Origin: Podarcis muralis
Lineage: Eukaryota
Assembly (NCBI RefSeq): GCF_964188315.1
Contig: NC_135667.1
Coordinates: forward strand, 24,738,001-24,802,000
Length of the DNA stretch: 64,000 nt
Direction: 5' to 3'
In this document: in pieces, positions 36,085 to 48,513 of the stretch
Layout of the letters: the number at the start of each line of letters is the position of its first letter
How positions within the stretch are numbered: position 1 is the stretch's first letter
Program-made: the position numbers and the translations under genes
The notes under the pieces: generated by a model
Told to the model about the DNA's origin: nothing
What the model saw: only the letters and a program-made list of their open reading frames with translations
Databases searched by the model: none

Positions 36085-37050
36085 ATGAATGTGAAGAAGC
36101 AGAGCATGGATAATCAATCATCTTTCTCAGAATTTCTCCTCCTAGAATTCTCAGATGTTCGGGAACTACAAATTCTACATTTCATTATATTCCTGGTATT
36201 GTACTTGGCAACTGTCACAGGGAATCTTCTCATCATCTCTGCAGTAGCCTTTGACCATCACCTGCACACCCCCATGTACTTCTTCTTGATGAACTTGGCC
36301 ATGCAGGACCTGGGACAAACTTCAGTCATTGTTCCCAAGTCCATGCTCAATTCCCTCATGAACACCAGGTACATTTCCTACCCGGGGTGTGTTGCACAAC
36401 TATTCTTCTTTGTCTTCTTTGTGGGATCTGACTTCTTTCTTCTCACAGTGATGGCATATGATCGGTATGTTGCCATTTGCAAACCATTACAGTATGGGAT
36501 GCTGATGAATAGGCAAGCCTATATTCAAATGATTAGCAGTGTATGGATCGGCAGCTTTTTCTATGTAGTGTTACACACGGGAGGAACCTTTGCATCCCCC
36601 TTTTGTTCCAATGTAGTCAATCAATTTTTTTGTGAAATCCCACAAGTACTTAAGCTGGCCTGCACGGATTTGTATCTAGTGGAAATAGGAGCTATTGCTA
36701 TAAGTGCTGTCTTTGGGATTGGCTGCTTTATCTTCAACATTATAACCTATGTGTACATTTTCACTGCGGTGCTGAAAATCCCCTCAACTGAAGGAAGGCA
36801 AAAGGCTTTCTCAACTTGCCTTCCCCATCTCATTGTATACTGCCTATTTGTATTTACTTCATACTTTGCTTTCTTCAAGCCTGCCTCATTACATCTAGAT
36901 TTGGCATTTACAGTTATGTATTCCATGGTTCCACCCTTGATGAATCCAGTAATCTATAGCATGAGAAATAGGGAGATTAAAAATGTGCTGTCAAAGCTAT
37001 TGCGTTTGCGTTACTCCTCTATGAAAAACATTTCCAGTCTTATTTTGTGA
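36085..37050 (+). CDS. Olfactory receptor, OR14-like, intact (321 aa; 3-aa deletion in ECL3)
   Basis: Canonical motifs; closest paralog of 22545/30414; KPASLHLD versus KPTSNTSPYLD. Confidence 0.93.
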   Translation: MNVKKQSMDNQSSFSEFLLLEFSDVRELQILHFIIFLVLYLATVTGNLLIISAVAFDHHLHTPMYFFLMNLAMQDLGQTSVIVPKSMLNSLMNTRYISYPGCVAQLFFFVFFVGSDFFLLTVMAYDRYVAICKPLQYGMLMNRQAYIQMISSVWIGSFFYVVLHTGGTFASPFCSNVVNQFFCEIPQVLKLACTDLYLVEIGAIAISAVFGIGCFIFNIITYVYIFTAVLKIPSTEGRQKAFSTCLPHLIVYCLFVFTSYFAFFKPASLHLDLAFTVMYSMVPPLMNPVIYSMRNREIKNVLSKLLRLRYSSMKNISSLIL

Positions 37051-39256
37051 AGGAAAATTCTGTATGCGGTATAATACTAATGATAGGAAACTGGAAATTC
37101 TATGAGGAAACTTTGAAGCAGCTAAATAGATTTAGCTTAGTGTTCTCAATTGTTCTAGAAGGGTTATATTGCTTATATTGCAAATTGTGAGAATTGGTGT
37201 AGTGGTTAAAATTTCCTTATTTGCTCGGCAGCTCTCCACATGCTTTGGTCTCTGGCTACCATCATAGGTGACTTTGGGCTTTGCTAATTAAACAATTTAT
37301 GGCCTTTTAAAGTGGATGGGGTTATTGTTTTTGTCTGTTATTGTATTATGTATTTTTGTGTTTTTATATTGCAAACTGCCCTGTGATCCGCGGATGAAGG
37401 GTGGTATAGAATTGTTATGGTTGTTGTTCTGCTTAATCTGAATTTTATTGTATTTCAGTTATGGTACATTGACTATAATACGTAAGTTGAATCAATGAAT
37501 TTTCCATAGAAAGGTAAAGCAATGGGAAACATTTTAACCCACACTTACATCACTGTACCTGACTGTCGTTGCATACCCTCCAAAAGTCCTCAGATAAAAA
37601 CGTCCCTATTTTCATCAGAGGAATGTTGGGGTGTATGTGTTTTCCTTGACTTTTGCCTGGCTCATGTTAATGGTTCAGTTTGTCCTGCTTGCACCTTTGA
37701 TACAAGAATCAGCCCCTGGTGAACTATGTATAGCTCTTGATATAACATCTATCTTTTCCATTGGAATGGAAGGCAACAGTCTTCCTCTTTTTTGTAACAG
37801 TATTTTGTTCTTTTTTCCATATCCAAAGTTACATTTGTTGCTCAGCAATTATATTCTAATTCAACAAAACTAGTGACTTCCCGCTCACCCAACGTCGATG
37901 TTTATAACTCAGATTACATACAATTGCATTTTAAGGTTTCGTCTTATCTAATTTAATTCCCTCTAACATGTTTGTACATATATTCTGCTGTTTTATTACA
38001 CTTCAGTGCCATCAATTCTGCCATCTCTGCATATTCCAAGATTTTCATCAACCATTCTTCCTTCATTTCATTTCTGCTGCTGTAGTCACATATATAAATA
38101 GCATTGCGGGATTCCTTGGGATTTCATTGTCTAATATCCCCAACAGGAAGGATTCCTACCCGCCCCTTTAATTTCATTATGTCCCCCAAAGCCTTTGAAA
38201 AGGCAGCAGACTTCCTAACTCCAAATGTGCAGGGAGGATCAGATGAACACATTGCAAACTGACGGGAAAAATTGGAGTCACCATTAACCTGTAGAGGTAC
38301 TCTGCTGCACAGGAACACTGAGGATTGCATTTTGCTTAAATTTATGACTTAGAAACCAGGAAGATAAGACCCCCTATGCCCAGCATTTCAGAAGTTCTCA
38401 TCTTCATCCCAGCTTTATCCCATAGAAGCAGCAGGATAAATTGCATATTTCAAAAAACCATTTTCTGTTTAGTTTTGTTTAGTGCCTGACAGCTCGAAGG
38501 CGAAACAGAAGGGAAGTGATAAAAACACAATCAGTATATTTTTTGTAATAGTATTTTCTTATTTTTCCCATATCAAAAGTTACGTTTGTTACTCAACAAT
38601 TATATTGCAATTCAACAAAACTAGTGACTTCCCGCTTACCAAACACCAATGTTTATGATTCAGATTACATACGATTGCATTTTAAGGTTCCGTCTTATCT
38701 AATTTAATGCTCTCTAACATGTTTGTACATATATTCTGCTATTTTCTTACACTTTAAACCCTGCTGTGATCTTCACATATGGGAAAATAACTTTTTATAT
38801 AGACTAGAAATGGTTCCAATCTATATAATAATCATAATAATCATAATAATAATAATAATACATTCTAGAGGGTTAAGATCACTGTCATCTCTAGATGAGA
38901 GAGAATGGATGTATCAGTGATTGGTTGCAGCCTGCACCTGCTGACTTTGCAATGTACTGTCTAAAGTTATGCATATCATCCTTGAATAAACAAATCTTTC
39001 TAGGTTTGAGTTCTTTATTTTATACAAGGGTTTTCCATATTCACCTAAAAGCAAGGCACATTTATGTCTCTACTCAAAATTCCTTGCAGAACTACTCGTG
39101 CGGAGTTGACATGCTGGTGGGGCTTGCTTTGATAGTTTCATTCTCACTTTAACCTATTATAGGCACAGGAAGTTCTTTTTACAAAAAGGATTATAAAATG
39201 TGAAGAAAATCCATCTAGGTGCATTGAAAAAGCATCAGGAACATTCAGACAAACAG

Positions 39257-39905
39257 AAATAACAATAATTAATTATTTATACCCTGGCCATCTGACTGGG
39301 TTGCCCCAGCCAGTCTGGGTGGCTCCCAACAGAATATTAAAAACACGAAAAAACATCAAACATTAAAAACATCCCTAAACAGGGCTGACTTCAGATGTCT
39401 TCTAAAGGTCAGATAATTGTTTCTTTCCTTGACATCTGATGGGAGGGCATTCCACAGGGCAGGCGCCACTACCAAGAAGGCCCTCTGCCTGGTTCCCTGT
39501 AACTTTTCTTCTTGCAGTGAGGGAACTGCCAGAAGGCCCTTGGTGCTGGACCTCAGTGTCCAGGCTGAATGATGGAAGTGGAGACGTTCCTTCAGGTATA
39601 CTGGGCCGAGGCCATTTGGGGCTTTAAAGGTCAGCACCAACACTTTGAATTTTGCTCGGAAATGTACTGGTAGCTAATGTAGGTCTTTCAGGACCGGTGT
39701 TATATGGTTTCAGCGGCCACTCCCAGTCACCAGTCTAGCTGCTGCATTCTAGATTAATTGTATTTTTCCAGGTCACCTTCAAAAGTAACCCCATGTAGAG
39801 CACATTGCAGTAGCTCAAGCGGGAGATAACTATAGCATGCACCACTCTGGTGTAACAGTCTATGGGCAGGTAGAGTCTTAGCCTGCATAGTAGATGGAGC
39901 TGGCA
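39257..39905 (-). mobile_element. 5'-truncated, decayed L2 (same family as 55646-60299)
   Basis: LVLTFKAPNGLGPVYLKERLH...QGTRQRAFLVVAPALWNALPSDVKE..FRRHLKSALFRDVFN; 3' hairpin and AAT tail present. Confidence 0.9.
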
Positions 39906-39959
39906 CATGATTGATATATGAATATTTCTCCTAAAAATTGTATTTTCCCACAATTATGC

Positions 39960-40217
39960 CTAATACATGCATTTTGCAAACAAGCTTTATTTCTAATATG
40001 TGTTTAATTCCTGTGGGAGCAAATCTCCAGAAAGACAGAAGAGTTATTAAGAAATCTCCTCTCCATGTTGACAAATGTTTATTGCCACAGTAGATCCAAG
40101 CGTAGGAAGATTCTTATAAAATTGCATGTATGGCTGCATAGATATGCAGTCATTTCATTTCAATGGAATGAAACAGAATCTGAAATGGAGAGAAATTTAT
40201 GAAGAATAATAGTAAGC
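39960..40217 (+). promoter_or_regulatory. OR promoter / exon 1 module for the 41062 gene
   Basis: O/E-like TCCTGTGGGA (40009), AATCTCCAGAAAGACAGAAG block, TATAAAA (40115), donor aata|GTAAGC (40212); acceptor at 41057. Confidence 0.6.
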
Positions 40218-41061
40218 TGCTTATACTCATTTCCTCAATTGCACTTGCAATGAAAACAATAAATCCCTTCAACTCTCTGCCCCTTCTCCTCCTCTCTATT
40301 TCTCTGCCATATTCTCTCTTCCACATATAGTCACTTTGTAACTCTCTCTTTGCGCAACCCTCTTTCTCTTTTCAACACAAAGTACATCAACATGTGTTTT
40401 GTCTGTTTTTGTGTTTCTGTACTTTTCATTCATGCCAGTCACAAGCTACTTTTTTATTTGTGCTGGTCACAAGTCCAAACTTCCCTATGTTCATATAATG
40501 TTATGTTCTCATTTTGTATTTTTATTCTAGAAACTCTGCAAACTTCAAAAATAAATAAATAAAATCATTTGATAGCAGTGTACCACAAAATGCCAAGTTT
40601 TGCCTATCAATAACTCTGACCAAAGCCTAATTTTTGTTGCTTGTTCATATTGTTGGCATGGTTGGGATTCCTCTAATGTGAATTTCTCCAATGTTCTTCC
40701 AGTCTTTTAAACCCACTTCTTGCAGGGTTGGTGCACCATCTAGCTATCTATCATCTATCTATCATCTATCTATTGATGAAAAACTTACAGACAGCACAGG
40801 TCTTCACTGCTCATGCAGTGCATAAGAGAAAATCTTGATTTTTTAATTATTATTTTAGTCTTTTGTAAAATCATATGATACATGTGATCTATGTTGTCAC
40901 AAATTATCACTGCAATAGGTTGACTAGTTAGAAGGGACACTGCAAATCAAGTCAGGAACAATACCATCTTCTTTTGCAGACAGTGCAGGACTCTTTCTTG
41001 ACATACTTTTCTTTTTTCTAATTCCCTTTAATCACTTTGTTCTGCTTTCTTCCACAGCGAC

Positions 41062-42054
41062 ATGATTGTGATGGAGCAAATCATAGTTAATCAGTCCTCT
41101 CTGTCAGGATTCCTTCTTCTAGAATTCTCAGAGCTTCGAGAGCTACAGGTTTTATACTTTGTTGTGTTCCTTGCTTTTTATCTGGCAGCACTTACAGGAA
41201 ATCTTCTCATCATCTCTGCAGTAGCCTTTGACCATCACCTGCACACCCCCATGTACTTCTTTCTGATGAACTTGGCCTTACAAGACCTTGGCTCAGTTTC
41301 AGTCATTATGCCGAAATCCATGGCCAATACCATCTTAAATACAAGGTACATTTCAAATCTGGGGTGTGTTGCTCAAGTACTCTTTTTTCTCTTCTTCATA
41401 GCATCAGATTTCTTTCTCCTTACAGTCATGGCATATGATCGGTACATTGCCATTTGCAAACCGTTACAGTACGAGATGTTGATGAATAGGCAGGCCTGTA
41501 CCCAAATGATCATTAGTGTATGGGTCATCAGCTTTTTCTATGGAGTGTTGCATACTGGGGGCACGTTTGCACCCCCCTTTTGTTCCAATCTGGTCAATCA
41601 GTTTTTCTGTGAAGTCCCAGAGTTACTTAAACTGACTTGCTCTGATTTGTACCTACTTGAAATTGGAGTTCTTGCATTCAGTTTAGTCATTGCGTTAGGC
41701 TGCTTCATCTTCATCGTTGTAACTTATGTGTACATATTCAGCTCAGTGTTGAAAATCCCTTCTAGTGCAGGGAGGCAAAAGGCCTTTTCAACTTGCCTTC
41801 CACATCTCATTGTTTGCTCCCTATTTGTCTTCACTGGATACTTTGCTTACCTTAAGCCCATATTTAATAGCCCACCATACCTGGATTTGGCTTTTACAGT
41901 GATATATTCCATGGTTCCACCACTGATGAATCCAGTAATCTACAGCATGAGAAATAAGGAAATTAAAAATGCTCTGTCAAAGCTGTTGGGTTTAAGGCAC
42001 TCCTCTATGAATACCTTTCCCAGCAAATTCTGTAAATGTAAATTCTGTATATAA
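41062..42054 (+). CDS. Olfactory receptor, OR14-like, intact (330 aa)
   Basis: NQS, LHTPMYFFL, MAYDRYIAICKPL, KAFSTCLPHL, PPLMNPVIYSMRN. Confidence 0.95.
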   Translation: MIVMEQIIVNQSSLSGFLLLEFSELRELQVLYFVVFLAFYLAALTGNLLIISAVAFDHHLHTPMYFFLMNLALQDLGSVSVIMPKSMANTILNTRYISNLGCVAQVLFFLFFIASDFFLLTVMAYDRYIAICKPLQYEMLMNRQACTQMIISVWVISFFYGVLHTGGTFAPPFCSNLVNQFFCEVPELLKLTCSDLYLLEIGVLAFSLVIALGCFIFIVVTYVYIFSSVLKIPSSAGRQKAFSTCLPHLIVCSLFVFTGYFAYLKPIFNSPPYLDLAFTVIYSMVPPLMNPVIYSMRNKEIKNALSKLLGLRHSSMNTFPSKFCKCKFCI

Positions 42055-43658
42055 CTCTAATGATAGGAAACTGTATGTCTGATGAGGAAAGTTTGCATGA
42101 GTTACATATATTCAGCTCAGGGCTGCTTTACAAGGCAAAACTGAACTAACATATTCAAATTAGAAGAGCACTTTTTATTATTAAGCGTTATGAATGTTCC
42201 TAATAGTATCAACTGTTCAAAAGTCATACAGATGTTTTTCAGCAGGTGATGAACAAGAGTCTTAGATGTTTTTATGTACAGACTAAATGTTCATCCATCA
42301 CGGATGCGTAGTAACTGGTTTCCTGCTACAGCAAGACATTGAACAAGATAACCTTTCAAGTCACTCCCTGCTCTGATTCCTTGATGCACACCAATGCAGA
42401 ATCAAAATTCCCTTTGTTACATGAAAACAGGCTCATTCTGTTACACTAGCTCAGCTGCGCCAATCAGTCTTTACATAGACATTGAATTATGTATGCAAAA
42501 TTGAAGTTTAAAATAAACTGATTGCAAAGCAAAAAAGCATCACATTTGTATGTAAGTCTGTTTGCATTTATTTATTATTTAAAAAATTGTTTCCTACGAA
42601 GCATTTCAAATCTACTTCACCATACAACAAAACACACATATAAAATGCAGGAATAAAGTGCATCACAGACTTGTGAAGGAAATGCCTTTGCACTGCAAAA
42701 TTTGGGGACCCAAGCCTACAATAGAATGATGGGAAGTTTTGCTGTTGATTGATTGATTGATTGATTTTAAATGTACCAAAGTTTGCCAGCTCTGTTTACT
42801 GTATTGGCTGATGGTTGCTGACTTGCCCTGTCAACTTGCCTTGTACGCAAATATGAAACTTGTGTTTGTGTAAAGTTGGCAATGGCTGAACAGTTATAAC
42901 AAATGCTATGTATCCATGTGTTAGGATGTACCAGGCTTTGGTATAATTTGTTAATTAAATTCTAATTACAGAAATGTATAAAAGACTTTGTACTTTCCTT
43001 GTTTGGGGTGGTACCTTTGGGTTGTCACCTGAAGTGCAGCAGAAATAAAGAAGAGAGCCAATTTTGGCTTGGCTTTCTTTGAATATTCCTTAGTTGCGTT
43101 TTCATTCAAGAAGCTCCCTATCTGGGAACAGACAGGCTTAGCATAACCAGCCACTCCATTGACAAAATGATTCCATATATAAAAATAAATTTGAAATGCA
43201 ATGCAGGAACACGTTCCTCTTCAACCAAGTCTTTGGCTGATTAACATCCTATATACTTTTATATGTGTTTGTGGGAGGGTATTGGTGTGTTTTGTTTTCC
43301 TTCTTATTTTTATTATGTATTTGTGTTTCTATCTTGTATTTTTATCCTGTGAACCACCCTGAGAGCTTTGGATGAAGAGTGGTATACAAATTTCATAAAT
43401 AATAATAATAATAATTCCAAAGGCTTGTTGAAGGATGAACAGGTCCTGAAGAACAATAGAAGTGACACCTAATATATAAAAGGAAGAACTTCCAAAAGGT
43501 AGGTGTCTTCACAGTAGAGACCCATTTCCTATATTGTATAGGAAATGGGTATCCTAATGAGCTGGTATCTTCAGGATACCCTCTTCTAAAGAGCACAGTG
43601 ACCCATCAGGAATGGGACATTGTGTCCCACAGCTGCATAGGCTTTGTCTTTCCATATC

Positions 43659-44089
43659 TGTACCAGGACCTTAGCCTGTATAATGGTTGTGAGGGGTTAC
43701 TTGTGCGTAAATGGCCTTAGAAGTAGTTAGCTTGCTTGCCCAACCATGCTTAGGGTCAGAGCTCGCCCTCCGTGACCTGTTAGTCACTTGCAGAATCCGT
43801 CAGTGGGCGTTTCTTGAACCTCTTCCAGCATAAAAGCTGTTTGACCCCGAGTCTCCTCCTATGTTCCCTGCGCGGAACGCGTCTGCGCAGGTAAGGGGAA
43901 GGCAGGGGCGTGCCAGCGCTCTCTCCACTAGTTTCGGGTGAAGGGTCTTGGAGCCCTGTCACCAATTCCTCCATCTCCCTCTCTTCTCTATTGGTGCTAC
44001 CCTGAATTCCTTCCCCCCTGCTGGTCCCCTCTCTGGCATCGCTCGGGAGCCCTGCCTCCGCTTCTCGCTCTGATGTCAGTTCCCTGACA
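43659..44089 (-). mobile_element. LTR-like element with a short acidic-then-basic ORF
   Basis: CpG-rich island in AT-rich surroundings, starting TGTCAGGGAACTG on the minus strand. The 3' end is uncertain and no TSD was found. Confidence 0.4.
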
Positions 44090-44748
44090 TCCTGGTAGAT
44101 AATTTGCAGCAAGAGCAATTCCTTCAGCAGCTGTTTATTTCTGCTTCAGTGAGCCGTCAAGTTTAGAAATTTTTCTGAAGCTTCTGAGTCAACCTCATGG
44201 GCAACCTCACATAGAACACATTGCTGTAATCCAATATGAAGGCTACCACTACATGGACACCAGTGGTCAAGCTATCCCTGTCCAGAAGTTACCATAGCTG
44301 ACTTAACACCTAAAGTTGTTATAAGGACACCCCTAGCCATGGAAGTCATTGGTCTTCCAGTGACCAAGATGGATCCAGGTGCACTCCTCCAAGGGAGTAC
44401 AACCCCATTTCAAATAACTCTTCCTCAACATCAGTATTAAAATGGTGAGGGAAGATGTCACTAGTATGTGAGGTGATACAAACCCGTTCTCCACAAGAGC
44501 CTGTTGCATTGGACAGTCTTGTCACTTCCTACTTCTTTGGAATAAAATAGAAAGGGGGAGGTGAGATAGGACTTATCCTAATGGCCTTCTGGGGCAAATC
44601 CAAAGAGGGGAGAATGGGAGCACATTTTATATGGTGCTTTGAGAAACTTCACCAAGTACAGAATGTGGTGCCCTACCTTTTGAAGAGCAGCAATCCATTC
44701 ATCACTACTTCACCTATCCAGAAGCAGCTTTATTTGCTATAACCCCCC

Positions 44749-44750
<2 letters not shown>

Positions 44751-44786
<36 letters not shown>

Positions 44787-44788
44787 CA
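44751..44788 (+). repeat. (ACA)n microsatellite
   Basis: Read directly from the sequence. Confidence 0.9.
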
Positions 44789-45051
44789 GACTGAATTCAA
44801 AGTGTTAGTTTTGACCTACAAAGCCCTAATGGTAGATTGTGGTTATGATAGGGAAAACCTCTAAAGATGAGGGGTGCAGAGCAGGAAAGGTTTGATATCT
44901 GTGGTTTCTTTATGAGAAAAAAGAATATCAAGGTTTTGTGGTAAAAGTTCTCCTCCAATGCCCTCAAACATTGTGTGGCACAAGGTAGGTCATGCATATC
45001 GCCATTTTGCAAGTTCCATGGGAAAGCGTGTTCTCCTTCCTGGAGAGCACG

Positions 45052-45831
45052 TGTTGCGGTGGGGGCTGACAAGACACCTCACTGCTGCTGGGCAAAAGAG
45101 TTTGGCCATCTTTAAGCAGGGGCGGGCTGTTACTGGGGAGATTTATATGTTGCCATTTATTGATTGACAGCCCTGTTTGTTAAAAACACTGCACACAGTG
45201 ACAAGCTTCCTCTTTTGCTGCGTGCTTCGGATCACCCGCCCTCCCTCCCTAATGTTAGGCTGTTTGCTTGACCTTGCTATGCCTGTCATGGGGTCATCTG
45301 CTTTGGGGCAGGGGCCCGGTAGGAATTTTGTCCATTTGGCTGATTGGCTGGTGCCATTTGGTTTTTGCCTACTGCGTTGCAAATCGTCACAACTTGTAAG
45401 GTTGCAGTTAGGCATTGGTTTGGGAATTGGTTGGTGGAGGCGTATGGATTTGGCTGTGCCTGCCCCTCCAAAATGCTGCTGCAAGGGTTTTCTGTTAAAG
45501 GAACCCAGGGGCTCCCCATGCTTTTGTCCGAACCCCCTGGCAAGGGGCTAGGGCCACACAAGAGCCCCTGGGGGCATTTGGGGAGAGGTGAGGCATGGTT
45601 CCCAGTCCTGTCTCTCTCCCCGGGTGACTTACCCTTGCTGACTTCACGGGGTGTGTGAATGTCAGACTGTTCCCATGCGGGGTCAGTTAGTTGCTACGAA
45701 TGCCTAAGCAACCACTCACATTGCTGTATTTTTAATAAAGTTGTGGCCAAAATTATGCCAAAAACCTTAAACAAAAATCAAGTGTCATTGTGTTCTTATT
45801 TGGGGTGTCTTGGGGACCTCGACACGCAACA
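45052..45831 (+). mobile_element. Solo LTR
   Basis: Perfect terminal inverted repeat TGTTGCG...CGCAACA, AATAAAGTTGTGGCC poly(A) region, homology to 33888 and 60330. Confidence 0.7.
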
Positions 45832-46199
45832 AAGACCAGATCCTGACTTCTAAAAGTTGAAAGAAGTGCCAGCATGCTTCAATATTCCTCAGATGAAATT
45901 AGGGACTGATTCTACCATAGGAGCCAACGTATAGGGACCGAGGGGTCTTCGCCTCCCCCCCCAAAAAAAATATTTGAGGGGCTCACCAACCCCAAGTTAA
46001 TGGGCATTGCCATTCAAATGGTGTGTGTGTGCCACGCCATGTGGTCAATTATGTGCATTTTTGTTTCTTTATATTGTAAATCACCCTGTGAATCTTGGAT
46101 AAAGGGTAGTACAAAATTTTTATAAATAAATAAATAAAAATCTCAGGAACCCAATTTTCCACAGTCTTTAAAAAGCATATTATCAAAAAGAACAAGCTA

Positions 46200-46449
46200 T
46201 TTTTGTTTCCATAAACTCCAACTACTGAGACGTGCTGCATTCCCATGACAGTAAATCTCCTGCAACACAAAAGATAAATTAATACATCATAATTGACAGC
46301 TTCTTATTATCACCATAGAGCTGTGTACAGAATGACTTTTATAAAATGGCATGTACTGTATGGCTGGAGAAATACACTGTCACCTGACTTAGTTGGAGGA
46401 GAACAACAATTTGAAGCTGAGAGAAATCTGGAAAGAAAAAATAGTAAGC
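46200..46449 (+). promoter_or_regulatory. OR promoter / exon 1 module for the 48800 gene
   Basis: O/E-like TCCCATGACA (46241), TATAAAA (46340), donor aata|GTAAGC (46444); acceptor at 48794. Confidence 0.55.
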
Positions 46450-46552
46450 TGCTATATCCTTAATTTTTTCCCCTTGTCATCTTAGAGATGCTTAGTTGCT
46501 CTCACTATGAACACTCACTCACTTTGAATATATACCCTTGCCCTTCCTCTTA

Positions 46553-46761
46553 CAGTGGTACCTTGGGTTAAGAACTTAATTCGTTCTGGAGGTCTGTTCT
46601 TAACCTGAGGTACCACTTTAGCTAATGGGGCCTCCTACTGCCTCTGCGCTGCCACCACGCAATTTCTGTTCTCATTCTGAAGCAAAGTTCTTATCCTGAG
46701 GTACTATTTCTGGGTTAGCGGGGTCTGTAACCTGAAGCGTCTGTAACCCGAGGTACCACTG
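46553..46761 (-). mobile_element. Tc1/mariner-type MITE, copy 4 (reverse, internal deletion)
   Basis: TA|CAGTGGTACCT...GAGGTACCACTG|TA. Confidence 0.85.
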
Positions 46762-47779
46762 TACATTCATTTGTTTCTTCCGTGTGCATCTCTCTCTCTC
46801 TCTCTCTCTCTCTCCTTCCACTTACATTGACTATTTTTCTCAACACTCTCTATGTCAATGAATCTCACACAGATCAGAGTACTGTAAATTGTTTTCACAT
46901 AAAGACATAATCCCATCACAGAGGAACACAATCTGTTGTGTAATCTCTAGTAAAGATGGTGGAGCTCTCAATTTTAATTCCCCCTCCCTGAAATTTTAAA
47001 TTCAGTTTGCAGGAGTTTCACATCAGTTTCTCTCCCCCAATAAACAGCCTAGATGAAAATCCATACATATTTCCAGGCACTTTCCTCCTAAAATATGCAT
47101 TTTAACACAATTATGCCCAATACATTCCTTTTACAAGAAATTTCCCCAAATATAATGTATTTTTGTACATTTCCCGTAATCGTCACTGATGTATTTTTAG
47201 TTGCCCTTTACCATACTATACATAATTTTTATGACTTGTTTTTGGCTGGCTGGAGAACAGTGTTGCAAAATTTCATTTTCTATATCGGTTCAGGTAGTGT
47301 CTATTAGGTATGTACATTCCCCCCTCCCTAACCTGTAATATAGATCCACAACCAACAAAAGCTGTATTAAAATTAAATTTGGTCTTAATATGGAAAAATC
47401 ACCTTCACAAAGACACTTGAGGAAGTTTAAGGGACATGATTTTAAAGGAAGCCTACAGACTTTGGTAAGATTTTTCAAATTTCTAGTGGATGCAAAACAG
47501 TGAGTGTGAATCACACAGAGAATATCATTTTCTGAAATTATGGACTAACTTAATGAAGAAAGTGTATGTTAAATGTTACTTGGTGTTTTGATATTGTTGA
47601 ATAACTGAGTTTTTGAGCCTTAGAATGTTTAACCCTCTCTCCTTTCATCTCTCACTCTCCTTTGAAATGTCTTCCACTCCCATACAGTGTTATGACCACT
47701 TTGGATGACTTCTAAATTCACAAGGCATAGGGCTAGGTTTTTTCTAGGGCTATTCGTTTTCTTTGCACCACACAGAAGC

Positions 47780-47962
47780 TTATACCCTCTGACTGTCGGA
47801 GTCAGTATGCCTCAAAAATACCATTTGCTGGGAATCACAAGTGAGAAGAGTGCAGCTCCATTCAGGTCCTACTGTAGGATTCCCATAGGTTTCTGGTTGG
47901 CCACTGTGAGAATATGATGCTAGACTAGATTTGCCTTTGACTTTATCCAGCCGGGCTGTTCT
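47780..47962 (+). mobile_element. CR1 3' UTR fragment
   Basis: CCCATAGG..TCTGGTTGGCCACTGTGAGAA..GATGCTAGACTAGAT; matches the 8958-9297 fragment. Confidence 0.55.
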
Positions 47963-48245
47963 TTTGGTTTTTGGCACATGCCAGAAATTCAGGTGGCACA
48001 ATTAAACTAGATTTCGGGCTGTGGCAAAGCAAAAGCCACTTCTAAGTTCAAACATGCACAACAATACTTCTGTAGTAAAGAAAGTAATGAGGAAATGCAT
48101 TGGAAAGTTTGAAATAACAATTGCCTGTCATGGTGTTGAGTAACCTCTGAACAAGAAAATCAGAATGAATATTAAATAAACAATGGATATTATAAAACCT
48201 ACCTGCAAAATTGAGAAAACATATCAGGATGAATGCTCAATAACT

Positions 48246-48462
48246 GAGAGCCAGTGTGGCATAATGGTTAGAGTGCTGGACCATTACCTGGGAGAATAAG
48301 GATGAATCCCCACACAGCCATGAAGCTTACTGGGTGACTTTGGGCCAGTCACCATCTCTCAGCCTACCCTACCTCACATGGTTGTTGTGAGGATCAAATG
48401 GAGAGGAGGAGGACTATGTACCCCACCTTGACCTCTTTGGAAGATAAAAGTGATATATAAAT

Positions 48463-48512
<50 letters not shown>
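48246..48512 (+). mobile_element. tRNA-derived CORE-type SINE (Squam3/MIR-like) with (AAT)n tail
   Basis: GAGAGCCAGTGTGGCATAATGGTTAGAGTG head, GGGTGACTTTGGGCCAGTCAC core, CCTCACATGGTTGTTGTGAGGAT, long AAT tail. Confidence 0.75.

Positions 48513-48513
<1 letters not shown>

Noticed and set aside
1415-46140. Numerous very short L2-type 3' tails (~1415, 13130, 18790, 24290, 32160, 37370, 43340, 46070) and degenerate hairpin MITEs (~4160, 12750, 21675, 29540)
   Set aside because: Ordinary decayed repeats with boundaries too uncertain to list individually.
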